64,000 nucleotides of DNA, from positions 62,001 through 126,000 of the forward strand of contig JANJGN010000385.1 in NCBI GenBank assembly GCA_026770705.1. The letters run 5' to 3'. Under the pieces are notes generated by a model. It worked only from the letters and a program-made list of their open reading frames with translations. It had not been told where the DNA came from and made no database searches. Below are positions 47,601 through 57,600 of this stretch, piece after piece. How positions within the stretch are numbered: position 1 is the stretch's first letter; each line of letters opens with the position of its first letter. This DNA comes from Isurus oxyrinchus (lineage: Eukaryota). Made by a program: the position numbers and the translations under genes.

Positions 47601-49136
47601 GTAATGTGGGCTGGGACATTTTGCAATGTCAGAGGCGCTGTGTAAATGCAAGTTGTGAGTGTTATGTGGAAGGGAGACCCCAGGCGGCAGTCAGTGCCAG
47701 AGACTGGAGTCATTGTGTGCAGACCGTATCTAATCTCTCCGAATGCACAATCGGTTTGACTGTCAGCCAAAGCATTTTTGATATTTGATCCTTCTACCTG
47801 TTTATAACCAGGCCTACATCAAACACCGAGAGGCTGGTTAATCAACAGACACCTTAGAGGATCGAGTGAAAGACAAAGAGGACTTGCATTTCTCTATAAA
47901 AACAAAGAAAACTGCAGATGCTGGAAAGCCAAAACAAAAACAGAATTACCTGAAAAAACTCAGCAGGTCTGGCAGCATCGGCGGAGAAGAAAAGAGTTGA
48001 CGTTTCGAGTCCTCAGAAGGGTCATGAGGACTCGAAACGTCAACTCTTGCATTTCTCTAGCGCCTTCCAACACTTCAGGACGTCCCAAACTGTTTCGCAG
48101 ACAATCAAGTGCTTTTTTTCTTTCATGTGAGGTCACTGATGTACTGTGGGAAAAGAATCAGCCATTGGCGCACAGTAAGATCCCACAGACAGCAGCATGA
48201 TAATGACCAGCGCGCTCCCAGTACTTGCACTGCAAGTGTCAGTTCAGGGTGTCTGCTCGATTCTCTGCAACTCTCAGCTCTGAGTTAAAAGGACCACCAG
48301 GCATAATTGAGAAATTACCGAGCTGTCGGAGGGTCAGTACCAGCGGGGGGGCAGGAGAGTCGGAGGGTCAGTACTGAGGGGGTGCTGCATTGTCAGACAG
48401 TCAGTCTTGGAGTGCTGCATTGTCAGAGGGTCAGTACCGGCGGGGGACTGCACAGTCGGAGGGTCAGTACTGAGGGGTGCTGCATTGTCAGACGGTCAGT
48501 ACTGAGGGAGTGCTGCACAGTCGGAGGGTCAGTACTGAGGGGGTGCTGCACTGTTGAATGCGCTGTCTTTCAGATGAGATGTTAAACTGAGACAACATCT
48601 GCCCTCTCAGATGGATGTAGAGGATTCCATGGCCACAATTTAAATGAAGTGCGTCAGGAGTTGGGGGTATGTGTGGAGGGGGTGGTGGGGGGTGGATGGG
48701 ATGCAGTTATGTCTGCTTTCCTGGGGCAAACATTTATCCCTCAACTGACATTGGTAAAAAACTGAAAATCGGGGCCATTATCACATTTCTGTTTGTGGGA
48801 TCTTGCTGTGCGTGAATTGCCTGCTGCGTTTCCTACATTACAGCGGTGAGCTCACTTCAGAAAAAGTCCTTCCTTCAGCTGTGGAACACTTTGGGCCATC
48901 CTGAGGAGGGGAAAGGCGCTATAGAAATGCGCCATCCTCCTTCCAATGACGCGCCTGATTGAAATGATGCCTTCTTTCTTTCCGGAATGTTCTCACCTAT
49001 TGTCCTCCTGCTTTTCCAGGGCTCCTTGCTGCAGCGCCAGAAGAGAATGGACAGACAGCAGCTCTGCATATTCTGCTGTAGCTGCTGTAATTGGAGAGAA
49101 CCAAATGAGACTTGTGGTCTCTGCTGTAGATATTAG
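44670..49136 (+). CDS. HAMP: Hepcidin-like prepropeptide, 88 aa, exons 44670-44762, 46568-46624, 49020-49136
   Basis: MGSSQMKWRLVLFTLTLLLSLQLSHFFSLSR | VDTALGSSTIEKSVDSPDT | GSLLQRQKR-MDRQQLCIFCCSCCNWREPNETCGLCCRY*. Has a signal peptide, furin site RQKR, the hepcidin 8-Cys pattern C-x2-CC-x-CC-xn-C-x2-CC, and two phase-0 GT-AG introns. AATAAA at 49778-49783. Confidence 0.93.
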
Positions 49137-52100
49137 ACCCTGGCCTCATTCACGCAAGGTCATCCTGCACCATGCCACAGCCTCTCCCCTCCTTATCTAC
49201 TGCTTAGCAATCTATTTCACACAGGCCCTGTTCATTAATTCCAACTGAAACTTTACCTGCGTTTTACAGCAGGGAAAGAAGCCATTCGGCCCATCTGTTC
49301 CATGCTGGAGTTTCTGCTCCACACGAGTCTCCGCCCACCCCTTCTCCATCTCACCCCATCACCATATCCTTCTATTCATTTCTCCCTCGTGTGTTTATCC
49401 AGCTTCCCCTTAAATACATCGACACTATTCACCTCACGTGACTGTGTTTGTGTCTGTCTTTATGAGCGTGTGTGTGTGTGTGTGTGTGTGACTGTCAATA
49501 TGTGTGTGTCAATGTGAATGAGTGAGTGTGTCAGTGTGTCTGTGTGGGTGTGGGTGTGTGAGTGTGCAAGTGAATGTGTGAGGAATCTTATGACTAAGTC
49601 ATTTGAATGGATGTTACTGGGGTTAATGATAGTTAAAATTCAGAGAGATGTAAAGCGGGCCCCTGATTTTGCTGCTTTATGCTCCCGGGCACAGATTCAC
49701 CCCGACAATGTGTTCATGATTCACCATTATCTTGTCGGGACTTTAATTGTAAAGATTATGATTTGTGAAAAAAAATGAATAAACAACTTTTGTCTTCACA
49801 AAGTGTCTGGCTTGGTATTTCAGGCTACTTGTCTCTCCCTCACCCTCCCCCCCCCCACCATGCCCCCCACACCAGGGAACAATTGTCCCCCCTTCCTCTG
49901 AAGTTCTGGGTAAAGATCAGCTTTGTTCAATGCAAGCTGTTCCGACATCGAGAACGTTGTTACAAATATCTCCCAAAGGGCACACGCCATGATAGCCCAC
50001 TTTCAACAGATTTTACCAGTTGACCAGGTTGAAAACCTTTTCATAAACCACAACGTAGGTGTTCAATTCTTGCTGCTGTTTGCTTAATGTTCTCATAACT
50101 GCTATAACCTCTCTAGTTCCACTACATAACAACACCAACGATGGTTGTGATTATTGGGGGTCAATCATCTCAGTTCCAGGACATCACTGCAGGAGTTACT
50201 CAGGGTAGTGTCCTAGGCTCAAACATCTTCAACTGCTTCATCAATGACCTTCCTTCCATCATAAGGTCAGAAGTGGGGATGTTTGCTGATGTTTGCACAA
50301 TGTTCAGCACCATTCACGGCTCCTCAGATACTGAAGCAAGTTATGTCCAAATGCAGCAAGACCTGGACAACATCCAGGTTTGGGCTGACAGGTGACAAGT
50401 AACATTCATGCCACACAAGTACCAGGCAATGACCAGCTCCAACAAGAGAGAATCTAATTGAAGATGCAGAAAATTTGGATTTATGTTCAAGAGCCAGCCA
50501 GGACCAGCAGCTAGGGCGCCAAAGCGTACACATCCTTACGTGAAAACTTAAAAACCTGTACAAAGGGCTCAGTTGGAAATTTGCAATGAGGAAATGGGAG
50601 ACACACACACAAGGACACTGGGTGACTCAATCAAGAAATGGGGAAGGTTATTTCACACCGTCCGATGGCCTTGAACCACATCCAGTCAGCCCCCGGAAAC
50701 CTTTTGTATTGAACAAACATAGATTCTTTGCTGTCTCAAAAGGACAATAGCCAGTCTCTGCCCTGTAATTACTGTACAAGAACACAATTATTAGCCCACC
50801 GGAGGGTCGTTGTGCTGTGGCCTTTGTCTAACTAATACCATTACCTTGTAACTGAGAGTAAAAATATATAAACTGTGCTCATTTGAACCTCGGTGGAGAA
50901 GCGCCTGGACTGCCCAGCGTTTGCTCCCCACATGCCTAATAAAGGAACCACTTGAATATTGCATCTGGAGTCCGAGTGTTGAAATTTTGTACCAGAATAT
51001 TCCACAGACCATTCATAACCATCGCCCCTTGACATTCAATGGCATTACCATCAATGAATCCCCCAATATCAACATCCTGGGAGTTACCATTGAGCAGAAA
51101 CTGAACTGGACCAGCCATATAAACACTATGGCTGCAAGAGCAGGTCAGAGGCTGGGAACCCTGCAGACAGTAACTCACCTCCTGACTCCCCAAATCCTGT
51201 CCACCATCTACAACGCACAAGTCAGGAGTGTGATGGAATACTCTCCACATGCCTGGATGAGCACAGCTCCAACAACACTCAAGAAGCTCGACACCATCCA
51301 GGACAAAGCAGCCCGATTGATTGGCTCCCCTTCCACAGAGCTAGATAGATTCTTGATTAACAAGGGGGTGAAAGGTCATTGGGGGTAGGCAGGAATGTGA
51401 GGTTGAGGTGACAATCAGATCAGCCATGATCTTACTGAATGGCTGAGCAGGTTCGAGGGACTGAGTGACCTACTCCTGATCCTAACTCAGATATCCAGAT
51501 GTTCTCAAAGGCAATTGGGGATGGGCAACAAATACTGGCCTAGTCAGCGACACCAACATCCCTGAAATGAATAAGAAAAAAATGTATCAATCAATTAAAT
51601 TTATTGATTAATCGAATTGAAATTCCTCCAGCTGCCGTGGTGGGATTTGAACCCGTGCCTTCAAAGCATTCACCTGGGCCTCTGGATCACTGGCCTAGTG
51701 CCATTCCCATTGTGCGACTGTCTGCTATCATCATGGCTCTTTCACATCGATGTGGAAGTCCTGATAACAGAAGCATTGGACGAGGTACAGAAAGGTGACA
51801 AATCAGGAGCTCCATTGCTCAATATGAACGGATAATAAAGATAAATGAACATAAACCTTCCAGTCGCTAATTAGGGAGTCACTGTGGAGCCCATGAGTCC
51901 CTCGCAGCGCTATTGTAACCTTCTGGATCCCCAGTAGGGGACTCGGGGTGCAGCTGTGTCTTCCTCATCATTTGGAAAAGCCGGAATTGTTCGGGTGCCC
52001 CTTCAAACAGGCCGAAGATGCAGTGGGTGATGTCTCCCACAGGCCCTGGGAGACCTCCCCTGCCAATTTGTTTTGTAGCTTATTCTTCAACTGCGACATT

Positions 52101-53934
52101 GGATCAGCTTGAAAAAGGGTGAGGCTGAGGCAATACCACCAGGTAAGCTTCTATCCCCTCCCACTTCACCCCCCCCCCCCACCCCCGTAACCATCACAGT
52201 CCCTCCCATCGTGCTGGAGGAGCATAATGTGCACATTCCCCTCCTTCCAATCAGTCTCCTCCCTTCCTCTCTAATCCTTGATCTTATTGTGTTCGGGGTT
52301 GACATCCCAGTCCTCCTCCCTAGACTGTCTGATGTTGACATCCCAATGCCCCATGTAGACCTGACCTCTCTCCAACTAGAGGCCCATTGTACTGTGACTT
52401 ACAGAGACCACCGGCCCCCCTCGATTCCCACCCCCACCCCTACCCTCTATATTACCTGCTCCCCACTGACAGGCTGCAGATGCCTCCCCTGACTGGGATT
52501 GTGCCACCTGCGGCCTAGTATCAAGCCACCCACCCCCAGGACCGACGTGTGTGAGGGACTGACCACGTCCTGCACACCATGCTGGGCACCACCAACCCAG
52601 GACTGCCAGGCTGTCCCCACCACACTGGACTGGGACTAGAATAGGCATGCCAAGCACAGCTCTCTAAATCGTGGCGCAGACCCACAGCACTCGCAATGTT
52701 TTGTGGCCCGAATCCTTGCTGAGGAACTGCCCAGCACTAAAAGCAAAAAAACTGCAGATGCTGGAAATCCAAAACAGAAACAGAAACAGAAATACCTGGA
52801 AAAACTCAGCAGGTCTGGCAGCATCGGCGGAGAAGTACTGAGGTAGTGCAGCACTGTCGGAGGTTCAGTACTGAGGGAGTGCTGCACTGTCAGAGGGTCT
52901 GAGCTGAGGGAGTGCTGCACTGTCGGAGGCTCTGAGCTGAGGGAGTGCTGCACTGTTGGAGGGTTTGAACTGAGGGAGAGCTGCACTGTCGGAGGGTTTG
53001 AACTGAGGGAGTGCTGCACTGTCGGATGGTTTGAACTGAGAGAGTGCTGCACTGTCGGAGGTTCTGAACTGAGGGAGTGCTGCACTGTCTGAGGGTTTGA
53101 ACTGAGGGAGTGCTGCATTGTCGGAGGGTCTGATCTGAAGGAGTGCTGCACTGTAGGAGGGTCTGAACTGAGGGAGTGCTGCGCTGTTGGAGGGTCAGTA
53201 CTGAGGGAGTGCTGCGCTGTCTAAAGAACATTGTACAAATTGCACAAAATTGCATCTGATGCCTGTGTCTCATGCTAACATGAAGTTCATGCACACAACA
53301 GGAATATTTCTCGCTGTTTCTCTGCAGCAAGACAGCTTTGATATCACACCACCCACTGGCAAGTGTGTGCAGCTACAATGTGACTTGTTTACATTGGAAA
53401 TTTCTATTATAAAGATGGACAGAGGAATTCATCTGATTGGAAAACGTGACAACATGAAGTAATGTCTTTGAGCCAAGAATTTTGCAGCAAAATAAGAATT
53501 TTAATCTTTAAATATCTACAGAACAGGCTGAGCATTTTAATCACTTGAGTTAATCAATGTAATTTTATTCATAAGCCAAATGCTTCTTACAATCTATCGC
53601 AGCATGAAAAAAGTGCAGCATTCAGAAAGCACATTCCAATCAGAGAACAGAGTTTAGCAACGTCACATTTCTGTTCATTCCTATTCGACCATGTTGGCTG
53701 CACACAGACAGACAATGCCGTGGTTATGATGTGTCCACACAGCAGGACTGGGGAGCACCAGGTATAAGGAAAAGTTTCAGCTTGCTGAGGAGAAGAAGGA
53801 GAATCTCTCGTTCCAGGTTTCTCTCCGTACATTAAGAAGCAGGCATGCCGATGTTTCATTGCACTCTGTCTGCTGATGGGAGTCCGCTTGGAAATTGCTG
53901 TTTGTGCTGATGGAAAGAATAAGCTTTTCATAAA

Positions 53935-54530
53935 TGGAGGGATTGAGTACAAACACAGGGAGGTTATGCTGAACATTTATAAAGCTCTGGTTAGGTCACA
54001 ACTAGAGTATTGTGTCCAGTTCTGGTCTCCTCACTTTGGGAAGGAAGTGAGGGTCCTTGAGAGGGTGGGGAGGAGATTGAGCAGAATGGGTCCAGGGATG
54101 AGGGATTTTAGCTACAAGGTTGGGTTGGAGAAGCTGGGGTTGTTCTCCTTGGAGCAAAGGAGATTGAGGGGGGATCTGATCGAGGTGTACAAGATGATGA
54201 TGGGTTTAGATAAGGCAGACAAAGAGAAGCTGTTGCCATTAGCTGATGGTACAAGGACTGGGGGACACAGATTGAAGGTTTTGGGCAGAGGGGGGATTTG
54301 AGGAGGAACTTTTTTACACAGCGAGTGGTAATGAGCTGGAACTCGCTGCCTACGAGGATGGTGGAAGCGGAGACGATGAACGATTTCAAAAGGAAATTGG
54401 ATGGACACTTGAGGGGAAATAAACTTGAAGGGATACGGGGATAGAGCGGGGGAATGGGACTGACTGGATTGCTCTACAGAGAGACAGCATGGAGTCGATG
54501 GGCCGAATGCCGTCCTTCTGTTCCATGATG
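53935..54530 (+). mobile_element. CR1-type LINE 3' end
   Basis: GIEYKHREVMLNIYKALVRSQLEYCVQFWSPH..LFSLEQRRLRGDLIEVYK. Confidence 0.9.
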
Positions 54531-54551
54531 AGACTGTTGCTGTACAAAGCT

Positions 54552-54691
54552 TCAAACAGTCTGTCGACTTCCTTTCACTGTTTGTCTCTCCCAGACACAG
54601 ACTCCAGCGATAGTGATAACCACAGCCACAAGGAATATCACAGCTCGTATTCCCAGGATCAGGATCACGTGCAGAATCTCTCCTCCACTGT
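54552..54691 (-). CDS. Gene B TM + short tail exon (H)SGGEILHVILILGIRAVIFLVAVVITIAGVCVWERQTVKGSRQTV*
   Basis: Pyrimidine-rich TCTCTAG acceptor; phase 1 matches the upstream Ig donor; CGA (Arg) at 54647-54645 inside the hydrophobic stretch; TGA at 54554-54552. Not in the ORF track frame. Confidence 0.82.
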
Positions 54692-57600
54692 CTAGAGAAC
54701 ACACAGAAAGAAATCATCACTGACTCTCCGCTTTCAATCTCTCACTCTGGCTGAACAATCAAGCTTCATATCACTGCAACATTTGCTGTAATATTGACCC
54801 ATCCACTGGGATTCAATGTGGAATGAATGTTTTCATTGTAAACACTCTAAGAGTGGACAATCGGAACTTTCCCCTTAGCGTGGAACATTGGTGAGAATGG
54901 ATCATTGTGCTGTTGGACTCCCTGTCCAATGTTTCTCTCCATCGCTGTGTACAGGATTGTGCTGTAGAAAATTCTGGAAACGTTTAGTGCAGGGTAGAAA
55001 TCCATCTCGGACGCGTGTGCGAATCGGGCAAGATCGAGATGGACTCCCCCATGGACTTACACCCCCCGCTTAATAAACAGGTCCAATCTTTATCCAGAGA
55101 GAGGGGAGAATGTGGAACTCGCTCCCACAGGGAGTGGTCGAGGTGAACAGTATCGATGTATTTAAGGGGCAGGAGGGTCGGTAACCAGAGGGACACAGAT
55201 TGACGAACCGGAGGGGGAGATGAGGAGAATTTGTTTTGACAGAGTGAGTTGTTGTGATCTGGAAGGTTCTGCCTGAAAGGGCGGTGGAAGCAGATTCAAT
55301 AGGAACTTTCAAAAGGGAAATTGGATAAACACTTGAAGGAGGAAGATGGGGGCAAAGTGGAGTGGTGGTTAGTGGATCTGATGGGATAGAACATTGAAAG
55401 ACCTGGCACAGGCTCAATGGGCTGAATGGCCTCCTCCTGTGCTGTATCATTCTCCGCTTCCATGATCTCTCCCCCAGTCAGTAACCACTCCAGATCCCTC
55501 TTGAAGGTGACAGAGAGACAGCAACCACCACACCCACTGACAGCACATTCCCGAGGATCCCTACTCTCTGGGAAAAGATGAACTCCCCAACATCCAGCCT
55601 ATTCCTGCTTCCCAGAGAGTGTAAACCCTTCAGGGAGGCACTGAGGAAGTTTTCAATAAAATGAATTATCAAATCTATCATTTGAGAAATAATTTAATTC
55701 TGATGAACTCACAGCTTGTGTAGCAAACTGGGAAGTGGAGTTGCTGGGAAAGCTGGGAAACACAAGGATGAAGGGCTACAATGCCACCACTGGTGGGAGG
55801 CTGTAACTACAGCGTGACGTTTACATAGGCAGTCATCATTATAAACAGGGGCATTGCACATAATGGGAATTATGTGCACGGAAATAGTGAGAACATTATG
55901 TAAGCTTTTCACCAGCAGGAATTCTCTTCCTAAACCTCTCCAACTCTCTCTTACTCTCAGATACACAAAGAAAATCACACAGAATCAGATAAGGAAGAAT
56001 TAGGTTGGTGATTCGTCAAAGGGTTAGGTTTCAGGAAGCTTCTTAAAAGGAGAGAGAGAGTTGGAGACGCAGAGAGTATCTGTGAGAGCCTCTATGCATC
56101 TGAGTGTCTGTAATAGTAATTTCCATATTCTTCCATAAATATGAATGGGAACACAAATCCCAGAATTCAGGCCAACTCTCCAGTGCAGTACTGAGGGAGG
56201 TCAGGTAACCCATGAGGGAGTGAGTGTTAGTGTTTGTGTGTGAGTGTGTCTTTGTGTGTGGTCATATATGTGTGTCTGCACGTGTCTATTTAGGTGTGTA
56301 TGTTCGATGGTGTTTGTGTAGTGTTCAAATCTGAGAGAGATGTTGAAGTCTGTGTAACTCACGTTCCACACTGATGGTTATGAACCCATCCACTGCTCCA
56401 TGTTCATTCTCTGCCACACACTGATAGTCTCCAGTGTCCCTGGATGTAACATGAGGAATCACCAACCACAGCTCATTGTTGGAACTTGTTCTGTTCATTT
56501 GGACATTCAGATGTCATGGCAGGAATCAAGAAGCCCGTTCACAGGATTATCAACAGAAAGTGAACAACAATTTATACTTAATGGGAAGAGAGTGCTGATT
56601 GGTTGGCAAGTGGACTCTGATAGGTGGAGGTGTTGCCATGGAGAATGGTGTGTGCGAGATGTAAAGTTTAGACAGCTTGTCTCTTCATTCAGCAATAATC
56701 AAATAAAGATCAATTAAATTCTATCGACTTTGAAGCACTTAGAGAGGCCTTAGAATGTGGACACTGAGAACGGGCTGCACTGTCAGAGGGTCTGCGCTGA
56801 GGGAGTGCTGATGTAGAATGAAAGGTGTATGTAATTACCTTGCACTGTTAGTACGAGGGTCCGCTCCGATGAAACAGATGGATATCTCACTCGGCAGCTG
56901 AGAGTGTGTCCGTGGTGTTTGAGTGATGGGATCAGGGTCAGAACAGAAGTATAGGTCAGAGTGACACCATGCTGAGTTACAGTGTTTGAGACTGATCCAG
57001 GTACGTCAGTGGGAGTGTCCCAGGTTAAGACAGGTGCTGCTGTTCCATTGCACGTTGTGTTGAAGGTGCAGCTTACATCCACACGCTTTCCTGCAATAAT
57101 TTCAGCAGGGAATATCATGGGTTTATCTGTGAAATCTAACAGACAGAGAATGGATCCTTTTAGACAAATATAACGTGAAGCATCAGTTCAAATAGAAATC
57201 ACAGTCCCACAAGAGAAAGCACTTTTACAAGGATGATATCAGAACTGAGAGGTTACAATGATCAGGAAAGATTTTCTTGCTCTTTGGCAGTAGTGTTTCT
57301 GTCTCTCAGCTTAATACACGTTCACTCCGAGACATGTGAATTGAGAATACTGGATGAGAGAAGAGGCTCAGTCCAGAGATTGGAGTTAAAAGCAGAATAC
57401 TGCGGATGCTGGAAATCTGAAACAAAAACAAAAATTGCTGGAAAGACTCAGCAGGTCTGACAGTATCAGTGGAGAGGAAGACAGGGTTAACGTTTCAAGT
57501 CTGTATGACTCTTCATCAGACCAGAGGTTTGAGTTCACTGGCTTCTCATTTCCTCAGTGATCTGGGTGATTTATCACCTTGTGGTTTGTTGGATCTTGCT

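Noticed and set aside
54112-54720. 202-aa minus-strand ORF
   Set aside because: An alternative frame of the TM exon fused to antisense CR1 sequence.
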